Positions 9,003-19,141 of a stretch of DNA of 64,000 bases are shown one piece after another; the stretch's first letter is position 1, and every line of letters begins with the position of its first letter. Position numbers and translations under genes: made by a program. Where the stretch lies: positions 747,334 to 811,333 of the forward strand of contig CAXXCN010000003.1 in NCBI GenBank assembly GCA_963667105.2. The letters run 5' to 3'. The stretch comes from Dehalococcoidia bacterium (GTDB lineage Bacteria; Chloroflexota; Dehalococcoidia; Lucifugimonadales; VXLM01). The notes under the pieces were generated by a model. That model worked only from the letters and a program-made list of their open reading frames with translations, did not search any database and was not told where the DNA came from.

Positions 9003-10357
9003 CAGATGCCACCCATGAACCGGCCGGGATTGAGGAGGCGGTCGGGGTCGTACTGCCGTTTGAGATTTCGCATCGTGTCGATGGCCGATGTCGGCTCCCC
9101 CCACACGTCGATACCTTCCTTGGCCGGAAGCGGCGCTTGAGTCACGATCGTTGTCCCGCCGACTCTCCGTACAGCATTGATGGTCTTGGAGATCGCGGTA
9201 TTCACCTGCTCGGTCGAGGACTCGCCCTCGACGTTGAGCCAGTGAATGTCTATAACGCCCTGCGAAGTCTGCGTGGTGGCCCTCCACCTCAGGCCGGAAT
9301 TTTTCCCTATATTAGGTAGCGAATTGAGTGCACGGGGAATGTTCGCCGGGAGAATCGAGGATCTTATCCCCGCGATTGGGGCGGTCTCGTCGGCCCAGCC
9401 GATGTCTCCAATCCGTCTCCACATGATCGCCGCGTCATCGCCGTCGATCAGCGCGTCGGAGATGGCGCCGGAGCGCCGGAAGATCGATGCAACGTCGTCG
9501 GTCTGCCGCCGAACGCTTCTCGCCCGTCCTCCGACTCGGACCAAGAGGGAGGGTCGTGCTTCACCCGTGCCACGTCCTCCCGCACTTGGCTGCTGCCCGT
9601 GCAGTGTGGAAATTGCCAGAGGCGTGAGACTGCTTCCGAAAACCGCCAGCGCGGCGTCGAGGCAGCTCCCGTCCGAGTCGAACGTTGCCATGACGGTCGC
9701 CTGCCGGGCCGGGAGCGGTGTGAGCTTGAACGACACCTCCACGATGACGCCGAGCGTTCCCAGGGCTCCGATGTGCATCCGCGCCATGTCATAGCCGCTG
9801 ACGTTCTTGACGACCTGCCCGCCGGTCTTCGTGATCGTCCCGTCGGCCTGCACGGTTCTCATGCCGATGACGATGTCGCGCGGGCTCCAGTTCTGCCACG
9901 TCGCGGGGCCGCTCCACCCGACGGCGAGAGTCCCGCCGATGGTGGCGCGGTCGGGCAGGGGGGGATCGATTGCCAGGAACTGCCCGTGCTCAGCCAGGAC
10001 TTCTTGGAGTCGGGAGACCCTGATGCCCGCCTCGACGGTTGCCGTAAGATCGGCGGCGTTGTGCGCGAGCACTTGGTCGACTGCGGTCATGTCAATTGCG
10101 AGATCGAGCGATTCGGGCACGTTTCCCAGTCCGGTGCGTGTTCTGCCGCTCAACGGCGATACCGTCAGGCCATGTTCAGCCGCTGCGGACATCGCCTCCG
10201 ATATCTCTTGCGGTGAAGTTGGGCGGGCCACGACTCCCGGGGTTTTCCCATCGACGGCGTATTTATCCGTTGGGAGCGTCTCGATTGACAGCGAACGCAG
10301 CGATTCGGTGGCTTCCTTGAGCCGTGCGGGGTTCGCGGACACGGATGCGTTGCTCAT
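9002..10357 (-). CDS. glcE: Glycolate oxidase FAD-binding subunit
   Basis: FAD-binding PCMH-type domain protein located between glcD and glcF, with translational coupling at both ends. Confidence 0.78.
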   Translation of the reverse strand: MSNASVSANPARLKEATESLRSLSIETLPTDKYAVDGKTPGVVARPTSPQEISEAMSAAAEHGLTVSPLSGRTRTGLGNVPESLDLAIDMTAVDQVLAHNAADLTATVEAGIRVSRLQEVLAEHGQFLAIDPPLPDRATIGGTLAVGWSGPATWQNWSPRDIVIGMRTVQADGTITKTGGQVVKNVSGYDMARMHIGALGTLGVIVEVSFKLTPLPARQATVMATFDSDGSCLDAALAVFGSSLTPLAISTLHGQQPSAGGRGTGEARPSLLVRVGGRARSVRRQTDDVASIFRRSGAISDALIDGDDAAIMWRRIGDIGWADETAPIAGIRSSILPANIPRALNSLPNIGKNSGLRWRATTQTSQGVIDIHWLNVEGESSTEQVNTAISKTINAVRRVGGTTIVTQAPLPAKEGIDVWGEPTSAIDTMRNLKRQYDPDRLLNPGRFMGGI

Positions 10358-11796
10358 ACGAAGGCGTTGGCCGCCGTCTTGGCGAACCCGCCCTCAGGAT
10401 GACGCGCGCCGTGAGATGCCCCCGTTGGGAAAATCTTGCCGGGGTTGAACGTCTCACCCGACCCGAAGGCGGGCTTGAGTTTCGCCATGGCGTCCATGTC
10501 CTCCTGCGAGAACATGAGCGGCATGTACTCCTGCTTCTCTAGGCCGATGCCGTGTTCTCCCGACAGGACGCCCCCGGCGTCGAGGCAGATCTCCAGTATC
10601 TTGCCTCCCGCTTCCAGCGCTCTCTCGGTGTCACCCGGCTTACGTTCGTCGAAGAGGATGAGCGGGTGCAGATTCCCGTCTCCGGCATGGAGGAGATTGG
10701 CGATGGGAAGACCGGACTCCTCTGCGACCCTCTCCACCTCTCCAAGCACCTCCATGAGCTTGGTGCGAGGCACCGTGCCGTCAACCAGATAGTAGTTGGG
10801 CGCGAGCCAGCCAAGCGCCCCGATGACGCCTTTTCGCGCTGCCCAGAGTCTCTCTCGTTCCTCACTGCTCGTTGCCGTGAGAATCTCCATCGGCTCGTAG
10901 GTCCGGCACACGTTGGCGATCTCCTCCGCCTCCTCCTCGACCTCTTCGCGGAGGCCGTCCACCTCAACGAGAAGCACGGCTCCGGCCTCCTCCGGGTACC
11001 CGGCGTTCATGGAGGCCTCGGCCGCCCGGATGCACATCGCGTCCATCATCTCGATTGCCGCCGGAACGATCCCCGCGCCTATGATTCCCGATACGGCAGA
11101 GCTTGCGTCTTCGACGGTCTTGAACATGGCAAGAAGCGTCTTCACGGATTCGGGCGACTTCAACAGGCGCACGACAACCTTAGTGACGATGCCGAGCGTG
11201 CCCTCTGAGCCGATCATGATGCCGCGCAGGTCGTAGCCCGGCGCCTCTCGCGTCTTCCCACCGAACCAGTGCACCGACCCGTCGGCCAGCACGACCTCCA
11301 TGCCGAGCACGTGATTGGTCGTGACGCCGTATGCCAGGCAGTGCGGGCCGCCGGAATTTTCGGCCACGTTGCCGCCGATGGTGCACGCCTTCTGGCTGGA
11401 AGGATCGGGCGCGTAGTAGAGGCCGTACTTGCTCGCCGCCGCCGAGAGGTCGATGTTGACGACGCCCGGCTCGACGACGGCCAGCCGGTTGACCTCGTCG
11501 ATCTCCAGGATGCCGGTCATGCGCGTGAGCGCTACGACAATGCCGCCGTGCTCGGCAATCGCACCGCCGCTCAGGCCCGTGCCCGCTCCACGCGCAACGA
11601 CGGGAACGCCGTGCTCTCCCGCCGTCTTGACCACGCCGGAGACCTCTTCCGTCGTCCGGGGCAGCACGACGACCGTCGGCAGCGCGCGGTCGACCGAGCC
11701 GTCGTACTCGAAGACGATCAGGTCCTCGGGCTTGTGCACCGCGTTCGGCTCGCCGACGATGGCGGTGAGATCACGGATGAGTTCGGGATTGCTCAT
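10354..11796 (-). CDS. glcD: Glycolate oxidase subunit GlcD (FAD-linked oxidase)
   Basis: 480 aa. FAD-linked oxidase N- and C-terminal domains (ARGAGTGLSGGA ... HAGDGNLHP ... GEHGIG). Confidence 0.88.
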   Translation of the reverse strand: MSNPELIRDLTAIVGEPNAVHKPEDLIVFEYDGSVDRALPTVVVLPRTTEEVSGVVKTAGEHGVPVVARGAGTGLSGGAIAEHGGIVVALTRMTGILEIDEVNRLAVVEPGVVNIDLSAAASKYGLYYAPDPSSQKACTIGGNVAENSGGPHCLAYGVTTNHVLGMEVVLADGSVHWFGGKTREAPGYDLRGIMIGSEGTLGIVTKVVVRLLKSPESVKTLLAMFKTVEDASSAVSGIIGAGIVPAAIEMMDAMCIRAAEASMNAGYPEEAGAVLLVEVDGLREEVEEEAEEIANVCRTYEPMEILTATSSEERERLWAARKGVIGALGWLAPNYYLVDGTVPRTKLMEVLGEVERVAEESGLPIANLLHAGDGNLHPLILFDERKPGDTERALEAGGKILEICLDAGGVLSGEHGIGLEKQEYMPLMFSQEDMDAMAKLKPAFGSGETFNPGKIFPTGASHGARHPEGGFAKTAANAFV

Positions 11797-11835
11797 GGGC
11801 CTTAGGCCCCATGATAGTGAATTAGCAAAGCCGCT

Positions 11836-12294
11836 TCAATCCGCCGGACGCGAGTCCTCTAATTCTGCCGAGCCGTCCCCCGCGCTCCACATGCGTTTCC
11901 CTACCACGATCGCCAGGACCGTCAGCAGCGAGTCGACCGCCGGGAAGTAGATCATGTGCGAGGTGACCGCTTCGCCCGTCTCGCTGTCGGGGTTCAGCGT
12001 CCAGAACCACTCCCAGAAGAACAGCATGGTGAGGACGATGGCGCCGTAGAACACGAAGCTGCCGCGCAAGTGGTCGATCACACTCACGTCTTCCATATTG
12101 TCGAGGGCGCGCTTTCGCAGGCAGCCCACGACCAGCACGATGATTACCGCAACGGCCATGAACCAGTTCAGTATCTTCCAGATTTGGTAGTCGTCCGATC
12201 CGTCGTGGTACAGCGGCGTGGCCATGAGGTTCAGAAACACCGCAAGGCCGACGATCACCAAATAAGCCGCTATGATCTTTCTCACCAACTGCAT
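11836..12294 (-). CDS. Hypothetical four-helix membrane protein
   Basis: 152 aa with about 4 hydrophobic segments, located upstream of glcD on the same strand. It has a paralogue at 55519-55983. Confidence 0.6.
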   Translation of the reverse strand: MQLVRKIIAAYLVIVGLAVFLNLMATPLYHDGSDDYQIWKILNWFMAVAVIIVLVVGCLRKRALDNMEDVSVIDHLRGSFVFYGAIVLTMLFFWEWFWTLNPDSETGEAVTSHMIYFPAVDSLLTVLAIVVGKRMWSAGDGSAELEDSRPAD

Positions 12295-12493
12295 GGTTCT
12301 TATCCTCCTTTAGGTGTAGGTGAATGCCGTTTGGCCTTCAGACTGAATCGCAAGCTATCACGCGTCCACAAGCCCGTCAACCGGCGCCCCTCTGTACCGG
12401 AAGAGGCGGTTGAGATTCTCCGCATAACTTGTACCATAAGGGAAGCTGGGGCAAAGCCCTTGCGGAAATCAAGGCAAATTCGAGGAGGGGCAT

Positions 12494-13417
12494 TTGGCGC
12501 GGGTACTTGTGACGGGCGGCGCGGGGTTCGTCGGGTCGCACGTCGTGGACGGCCTGTTGGAGAACGGCCACGACGTGCTGGTCGTGGACGACCTCTCGAC
12601 GGGCACTCGCTCGAACTTGCCTCCTGACGCGGAGTTCGTCGATCAAGATGTTGCGGACGATGGATTTGTGGGTGTTGTCAAGTCGTTCAGTCCTGACGTC
12701 ATCTCTCACCTGGCAGCACAGGCTTCCGTTCCCGTCTCCATGAGCGACCCAAACCTGGATGCCCGGGTGAATATCATGGGCGGGCTGAATGTCATTCGAG
12801 CCGCGATTGAGGCCGACTGCGGGCAGGTGATCTACGTCAACACGGGAGGAGCGCTGTACGGCGAGCTGGAGTACCTACCGTGTGACGAAGATCACCCAAT
12901 TCGTCCCATCAGCGCCTACGGACTGAGCAAGTGGACATCGGAATGCTACTTTCGGACGATGCTGCCGGACTCCATCCCGCTGAAGGTGCTGCGGCCCGCC
13001 AACATCTATGGGCCAAGGCAAGACCCACACGGAGAGTCCGGCGTCATCGCGATCTTCACGCGGAAAATGCTGCGCGGAGATCAGGTTACGATCAACGGGG
13101 ACGGAGAGCATACGAGGGACTATGTATATGTCGGCGACGTCGTGGAGGCGCATGAGACGGTGATGAATCACGGCGACTCCTTTGTGGCTAACATCGGAAC
13201 GGGTGAAGGAACATCCGTGAATGAAATTTTCCTGCACCTTCAAAGGGTGACCGGGTACAGCGAGCCTGCGATTTACGGTCCGCCCCGGCCAGGGGACGTC
13301 CGGCATATCGCGCTTGATCCTTCGAGAGCAAGGCAGGTGTTGGGCTGGGAGCCGAAGGTTGGGCTGCTCGAAGGGTTGAAGATGACTGCTTCGTCGATGA
13401 GGAACGTCGATGATTGA
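12494..13417 (+). CDS. NAD-dependent sugar-nucleotide epimerase (UDP-glucose 4-epimerase-like)
   Basis: VLVTGGAGFVGSH Rossmann motif and YGLSK catalytic motif. TTG start at 12494 preceded by GAGGAGGGG. Confidence 0.85.
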   Translation: MARVLVTGGAGFVGSHVVDGLLENGHDVLVVDDLSTGTRSNLPPDAEFVDQDVADDGFVGVVKSFSPDVISHLAAQASVPVSMSDPNLDARVNIMGGLNVIRAAIEADCGQVIYVNTGGALYGELEYLPCDEDHPIRPISAYGLSKWTSECYFRTMLPDSIPLKVLRPANIYGPRQDPHGESGVIAIFTRKMLRGDQVTINGDGEHTRDYVYVGDVVEAHETVMNHGDSFVANIGTGEGTSVNEIFLHLQRVTGYSEPAIYGPPRPGDVRHIALDPSRARQVLGWEPKVGLLEGLKMTASSMRNVDD

Positions 13418-13483
13418 TCGTGTCGTCGGGCACCGTAGTCCATTGGACGGACGTAACGCAGTAGGAACCGGCTTGATCGGAGC

Positions 13484-15598
13484 ATGATCGCTATGGAATC
13501 GCGTCTCGTCACTGCAATCCGCATCGTTCTGGCCCTAGTCATGGTCACGCCTCTTATCGTCATGACCGACCCCTTGCCTCATGCCGTGTTCCCGTACGTG
13601 GTCGGCAAGGCGTTGTGGAGCCGGACGCTGATCGAGATCGCGTTCGGGCTGTGGGTCGCCCTACTGCTCAGGGATTCGTCGTATCGATTTCCGAGGTCGT
13701 GGACGCTGGCGGTGCTCGGCGTCTACGTCTTGATCGCTCTGCTGGCGACGTTCTTCTCGGTAAGTCCGACCCGGAGCCTGTGGTCCACTTATGAGCGGAT
13801 GCAAGGCTGGGTCGACCTCGCGCACTGGGCCACATTCGTCCTGGTGTTGGCGTCAACGCACAGGACGTGGGCGCACTGGCGGACGCTGCTCAACTTCAAT
13901 CTGGGCGTGAGCATCTTGATTGGAGTGCTGGGCCTCACACAGTTCCTCGACATCAGGGTGTTCGAGTACCTTCAATACCGGAACCGGCTGGACATCACCC
14001 TAGGAAACCCGACCTACGTTGGCGGGTACATGCTGGTGAACTTCTTCATTGCGGCGGCGTTCCTCGCGGAGTCGTTCCTCGACAGGTCGGCCTCCGAGAC
14101 GCGGGGACGCGCAGTGGACCGTCGCAGGAGACGCAGGGCACAACAGAGCGGTGGGTTGTCTTCGATTCCTCCTGAGCACCTATGGCGGGCGTTTTGGGTC
14201 GCCGCCGTTGCGCTCAGCCTCACGATGGTATTCCTCAGCGGCACCCGGAGCGCCGCCGTCGCGCTGGTGGCAGGAATACTCGCCTTTAGCATCGGATACG
14301 CATTGTGGGGCGGCTCTCGGCGACTCCGAGTAGCGGCGATTGGCACGACCGCCGTGCTGACCGCGCTGGCCTCGCTCGTCGTAATCTTCATTCTCGTGCG
14401 CGCGGGAACCGACGTAGAGAGGATCGATCTTCCCGGGACTATGGTCGAACGCCTGCTCAACACTGGCGTGCGGGACAGGAGCGTCGAGGGGAGGATAGCA
14501 GCAGCCGGGGTCGGCATGAAGGCGTTTCTCGACCGGCCTCTGCTCGGATGGGGCCCCGAAAACTACACCGTAGGCTATGATCGTCACGTAGCGCCTGAAG
14601 CCTTTGCCAAGGGGTCAGTGTCTTTCGATCAGGCGCACAACAAGCTCATAGAAGAGCTCACGACGAAGGGGCTGCTCGGCCTGCTGGGATACCTGGCTCT
14701 GTGGGTGTCCCTGGCGGTCGTGTTCATTCGGAAGGCCAGATACCTTACGGTGGCACAGCAGGCGTTCGCGTTCCTGATCGGAGCGGCGCTGATCGGATAC
14801 TTTACCCAGAATTTCTTCTTGTTCGACACGCCGGGCACGGTAATTCACCTCTATGCGCTGATCGGGTTCGTGGTATTCCTCGATTCGATGGTCCTCAAGC
14901 GGAGCGGTTCGGGACCCACGCAAGCGGTCGTTCAAGACGAGAAGGCCGCGGATCGTGGTCCCCTGTTCCCGTCGCTGAGGGGAGAAATGGCGACGGGGTC
15001 GGTGATAGTTGTCGTGGGCGTCGGGATCGCCGCGGCGGTGTTCCTGCTCAACGTGCGGCCGTTGACGGCCGCGTCCCAGGCGGTCGATGCGGTCAGCGGG
15101 GGGAACAAGTGGGCGCAGAAGTTCGAGGCATTTGAAGATTCGGTCAGTACGTTCCCGCCGTTGGCGAACACCGTTCGTATGATGATGTTCAGAGAGATTG
15201 GAGCCCAGTGGATCACCCTGGATGGTAATGAGGCCGTCAAGGCGTTGGAGGCAGTTGAAACTCACGGACCGGCCGGTATGAAGACGGAGCCTGAGGAGTG
15301 GCGCTTGCTGACTACCATGGCGGTCATCTATCAGCAGGCCAGCAGCGTCAATGAGGAATACGTTGGGCGAGCGCGTCAACTCGTGGAAGAGGCGGTCGAG
15401 CTGGCGCCGTCGAGGGTCGAAGTGCGGGCGCTGCTGATCGGGCAGCACCTGGCGGAAGACGATCTCCAGGGAGCATTGCGGCTCATCGAGAGGTACACTG
15501 CGGAAGCTCCGGATGCGGCACACCATTACGAGCCGATACGGGAACGGGTGGAGAGCGAAGTCAAGCGTCTTGAGAACGAACAAGGAAACGACGAATAG
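13484..15598 (+). CDS. O-antigen-ligase-like polytopic membrane protein with a C-terminal helical-repeat (TPR-like) domain
   Basis: 704 aa with many hydrophobic segments in the first about 480 aa and a soluble helical C-terminus. It lies between an epimerase gene and manC. Confidence 0.6.
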   Translation: MIAMESRLVTAIRIVLALVMVTPLIVMTDPLPHAVFPYVVGKALWSRTLIEIAFGLWVALLLRDSSYRFPRSWTLAVLGVYVLIALLATFFSVSPTRSLWSTYERMQGWVDLAHWATFVLVLASTHRTWAHWRTLLNFNLGVSILIGVLGLTQFLDIRVFEYLQYRNRLDITLGNPTYVGGYMLVNFFIAAAFLAESFLDRSASETRGRAVDRRRRRRAQQSGGLSSIPPEHLWRAFWVAAVALSLTMVFLSGTRSAAVALVAGILAFSIGYALWGGSRRLRVAAIGTTAVLTALASLVVIFILVRAGTDVERIDLPGTMVERLLNTGVRDRSVEGRIAAAGVGMKAFLDRPLLGWGPENYTVGYDRHVAPEAFAKGSVSFDQAHNKLIEELTTKGLLGLLGYLALWVSLAVVFIRKARYLTVAQQAFAFLIGAALIGYFTQNFFLFDTPGTVIHLYALIGFVVFLDSMVLKRSGSGPTQAVVQDEKAADRGPLFPSLRGEMATGSVIVVVGVGIAAAVFLLNVRPLTAASQAVDAVSGGNKWAQKFEAFEDSVSTFPPLANTVRMMMFREIGAQWITLDGNEAVKALEAVETHGPAGMKTEPEEWRLLTTMAVIYQQASSVNEEYVGRARQLVEEAVELAPSRVEVRALLIGQHLAEDDLQGALRLIERYTAEAPDAAHHYEPIRERVESEVKRLENEQGNDE

Positions 15599-15616
15599 GT
15601 TGCCAAGAGGAAGCGT

Positions 15617-17119
15617 ATGACCGTATATCCAGTCATTCTTGCGGGAGGCTCGGGCACTCGACTGTGGCCGTTGTCGCGGGAGTACTACCCGAAGCAGTTT
15701 CTGCCGCTGATCAGCGCTTCTTCAAGCATGCTCCAGGAAACTCTGGCGCGTCTCGAACTGATCGAGGAGGCGGAGTCTCCCATTCTCGTGTGCAGTGAGC
15801 TGCATCGCTTCATCGTTGCCGACCAGCTAAGAGAGGTGGGGGTTGAAGCGACGAGCATCATCGTCGAGCCTACCGGGAGGAATACCGCGCCCGCGCTGAC
15901 GTTGGGGGCGTTAAGGGTGCAGGACGCGGCCCAGGACGGCAGCGACCCGGTTTTGCTGGTGACGCACTCGGACCACTTGATTACGGAGCCTCAACGATTC
16001 CTGGACGCGTTCCGCGTCGGGCTGGCGCTGGCGTCCGAGGGAGATGTGGTGACATTCGGCGTGCCTCCGACCAGTCCGGAGACGGGGTACGGGTACATCG
16101 AGAAGGGAGACACCCTCTCATCGGTCGACGGCGCCGCGTACGCCATCCATTCGTTTGTGGAGAAGCCCGACCTGCCTGCCGCAAGGGAGTATTGCGAATC
16201 GGGACGGTACCTGTGGAACAGCGGCATCTTCATGATGCGCGCTTCCGTGTGGCTCCGGCAACTGGAGCAGCACCGCCCCGACATCGCCGCCGCCGTTCGG
16301 AAGGCCTACTCGCAGGGGAAAGACTTCTTTGAGTTCTTCCGGCCTGAGGAGGATGCGTTCCTGAACTGTCCGAGCGAGTCGATAGACTACGCGGTGATGG
16401 AGGGGGCCGGTTCCGCGGCGGAAGAACCCGATGGATCGACGGGGTTCGCGGTCGTTCCCATCGACGTGGGGTGGTCGGACATCGGCTCGTGGTCTACCTT
16501 GAGGGAGCGTCGCGAGCAGGACGTTCACGGCAACGTCGTCCAGGGCGACGTGTACACCGATTCCACGAAGAACTCGCTGGTGATCGGCCAGCACCGGCTG
16601 GTCGCGGCAATAGGCCTGGAAGACATGGTGGTAATCGAGACGGCGGACGCGGTCCTGGTGGCGCACAAGGACCGCGTGCAGGACATCAAGGGGATTGTAG
16701 AACGGCTAAGGAAGGACGGAAGGACGGAGGCGGACGTTCACCGCAAGGTGCACCGGCCGTGGGGGACGTACGACATTCTCGACGCGGGCGAGGGGTTCCA
16801 GGTAAAGCGCCTGACGATTTCTCCCGGCGCTGCTGTGTCGTTCCAGTACCACAACCGCCGGGCGGAGCATTGGGTCGTCGTGCGTGGGACGGCCAAAGTG
16901 ACCAAGGATGATGAGGTATTTCTCCTCAGGGAGAACGAGTCGGTCTCGATCCCGAAGGGCATGAAGCACCGCTTGGAGAACCCGGGGAACGTCCCGCTGG
17001 AGGTAATCGAGGCCCAGATGGGCGAGTACCTCGGTGAGGACGACATCATCAGGCTTGAGGACAACTATAATCGCGAGACGAACAAAGAAGACGACTCCGA
17101 ACACGGCCAGGAGAGCTAG
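15617..17119 (+). CDS. manC: Mannose-1-phosphate guanylyltransferase / mannose-6-phosphate isomerase
   Basis: ILAGGSGTRLWPLS nucleotidyltransferase motif and a C-terminal cupin (HNRRAEHWVVVRGTA...). Confidence 0.9.
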   Translation: MTVYPVILAGGSGTRLWPLSREYYPKQFLPLISASSSMLQETLARLELIEEAESPILVCSELHRFIVADQLREVGVEATSIIVEPTGRNTAPALTLGALRVQDAAQDGSDPVLLVTHSDHLITEPQRFLDAFRVGLALASEGDVVTFGVPPTSPETGYGYIEKGDTLSSVDGAAYAIHSFVEKPDLPAAREYCESGRYLWNSGIFMMRASVWLRQLEQHRPDIAAAVRKAYSQGKDFFEFFRPEEDAFLNCPSESIDYAVMEGAGSAAEEPDGSTGFAVVPIDVGWSDIGSWSTLRERREQDVHGNVVQGDVYTDSTKNSLVIGQHRLVAAIGLEDMVVIETADAVLVAHKDRVQDIKGIVERLRKDGRTEADVHRKVHRPWGTYDILDAGEGFQVKRLTISPGAAVSFQYHNRRAEHWVVVRGTAKVTKDDEVFLLRENESVSIPKGMKHRLENPGNVPLEVIEAQMGEYLGEDDIIRLEDNYNRETNKEDDSEHGQES

Positions 17120-17151
17120 GCGAGACATTCGCGCAGGAAGGAGATCAAAGC

Positions 17152-18180
17152 ATGAAAGCGATGGTGTACCACGGGAATCGCGATCTGAGACTTGAGACGG
17201 TTCCGGATCCCAGCCCAGACGAGGGCGAGGCACTGCTGCAAGTCGATTACTGCGGGATCTGCGCGACGGACATCGAGGAGTACGTGTACGGGCCGAAGTT
17301 CATCGACAAGGCCAAGATGCCCATCATCACGGGTCACGAGGTGACCGCGACGGTCGTTGAGGCGCCCGATCAGTACGGACTCCTCACGTCGGGGACGCGG
17401 GTCGCGCTGAATACGGTCCTGACCTGCGGGGCGTGCTTCTGGTGCTCCCTGGGCGAGACACCGCAGTGCGAGAAGTTCACCGTCGTCGGATTCGACCGGC
17501 CCGGCGGACTGGCGGAGTACCTGGCGTGGCCGGCAGACGAGCTGATTCCCCTGCCCGACAACGTCTCAAGCGAGGCTGCGGCCCTGATCGAACCTTCCGG
17601 CGTGGCACACCACTGCGTGCAGCGCGGAAACGTCCAGCCGGGCGAGACGGTGGCGGTTGTCGGGGCCGGCACGGTGGGCACGCTCGCCATGCAGATCGCC
17701 AAGGCCCAGGGAGCGCGGGTATTCGCCGTCGACGTGAGGCAGATGAGTCTCGACCTGGCTAGCTCACTCGGGGTTGAGGTCGCCATCAATGCGGCGGAAG
17801 AGGACGCCGAGGCGATTCTCAAGGACCTTACGGACGGACGCGGCCCGGACGTGGTCATCGACGCCGCGGGAGCTCCGAATACCCCGGCAGACTGCATGAG
17901 ATACGTTCGGAGAGGCGGGCGAGTCGTCCTGGTGGCGATCTACACGTCCACGCCGGAGTTCGACTTCAATTCGATCGTCGCACAGGAGAAGACCATTATC
18001 GGCACGATTGCGTATTCTCGCGCCGACGTGCAGGCCTCGGTTGACCTGATCGCGGCAGAGAAGCTCAGCACGACGCCACTGATTACGGACCGGATAGGCT
18101 TGGATGACGTGATCGATGTCGGATTCGAGCGGATGATGGCGCCCACGAAGGACGTGTTCAGGATTCTGGTGAAGCCTTAG
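17152..18180 (+). CDS. Zinc-dependent alcohol/polyol dehydrogenase (MDR family)
   Basis: GICATD...GHE zinc-ligand pattern, structural zinc cysteines (CGACFWC..C), and GAGTVG Rossmann motif. Confidence 0.85.
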   Translation: MKAMVYHGNRDLRLETVPDPSPDEGEALLQVDYCGICATDIEEYVYGPKFIDKAKMPIITGHEVTATVVEAPDQYGLLTSGTRVALNTVLTCGACFWCSLGETPQCEKFTVVGFDRPGGLAEYLAWPADELIPLPDNVSSEAAALIEPSGVAHHCVQRGNVQPGETVAVVGAGTVGTLAMQIAKAQGARVFAVDVRQMSLDLASSLGVEVAINAAEEDAEAILKDLTDGRGPDVVIDAAGAPNTPADCMRYVRRGGRVVLVAIYTSTPEFDFNSIVAQEKTIIGTIAYSRADVQASVDLIAAEKLSTTPLITDRIGLDDVIDVGFERMMAPTKDVFRILVKP

Positions 18181-18989
18181 GCGACAAAGCCGTACTTGCG
18201 GAGCGTCGCTATCCACTTGGCGCGCTCCGGGTTGTTGTCGGGGTTGTCCAGCCAGAACGGGTCGCGCTGCAGGAGCGGGAAGACATCCCTGATCTTCGAC
18301 TCGGCGGTTACCTGCTCGCGGACGGCCTGTTCCTGTTCCGGAGTCTTGGGCGCGGCGAAGTACCCCATCGTAATGAGCCGACGGTCCTCACCACCGCCGT
18401 AGCTGCCGTGCCAAGCGTAGTTGTCGAAGATGAGGACGTCGCCGCATTCCACCGCCGCAATGTGTGAGGGTACCTGGTCGACGCTGAGACCGTCCTCGTG
18501 CAGGTGGGCGCCGGAGCTTTCGAATCCTTCCTTGAGCGGGATGCGCTTGAACTCGGAGTGCATGGGTTCCCTGTGCGAGCCGGGAATGAGCCGGAGCGCG
18601 CCGTTACTGCCGTCGAGGGACTGAAGGTAGATGCCGAACTTCAGGCCGCGCCAGTTCTTCTGCGAGGTATCCGGGTGCCAGTCGGTGCGGTCGCCGGAGA
18701 AGGAGTTGGATGCGGAGAATGAAGCCACCACGTCGTCGCCGAGGAGCTGCTTGACCTTGTCGAGGAAGCGGGGCTGTTCGAGCAGCGAGGCCGTGTATTG
18801 CGTGTCGGACATGAAGTTCCACCAGTTCAACTGCTTGCGGAAACTGGCCCGCTCCATCGTCGCCTCCGCCCGCTCCAGCGCGACGTCGAACTCGGCGTTT
18901 AGCGTATCTATATCCTGTTGGGTCAGGAATCCACGCAGGACGACGAATCCGAAAACCTCAAACTGGGTGATCTCAAGCTCGCTAAGCAT
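18177..18989 (-). CDS. Phytanoyl-CoA dioxygenase (PhyH) family Fe(II)/2-oxoglutarate oxygenase
   Basis: PhyH-like N-terminus (LSELEITQFEVFGFVVL) and WHPD...H iron ligands. ATG at 18989 is preferred over the one at 19019. Confidence 0.72.
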   Translation of the reverse strand: MLSELEITQFEVFGFVVLRGFLTQQDIDTLNAEFDVALERAEATMERASFRKQLNWWNFMSDTQYTASLLEQPRFLDKVKQLLGDDVVASFSASNSFSGDRTDWHPDTSQKNWRGLKFGIYLQSLDGSNGALRLIPGSHREPMHSEFKRIPLKEGFESSGAHLHEDGLSVDQVPSHIAAVECGDVLIFDNYAWHGSYGGGEDRRLITMGYFAAPKTPEQEQAVREQVTAESKIRDVFPLLQRDPFWLDNPDNNPERAKWIATLRKYGFVA

Positions 18990-19141
18990 TTCAGGCCCCC
19001 CGGCTTTTGCTGGCGGCATTGTAGCAGGGAGGGGGATTCACCGCAGAGAGCGCGGAGGACGCAGGGTTGTGTTGTTCCGTCTTGACATCGTTCGGCCTCG
19101 TACATAGACTCCGAGCGAATCTGAAAGGGGTATTCATCGCC

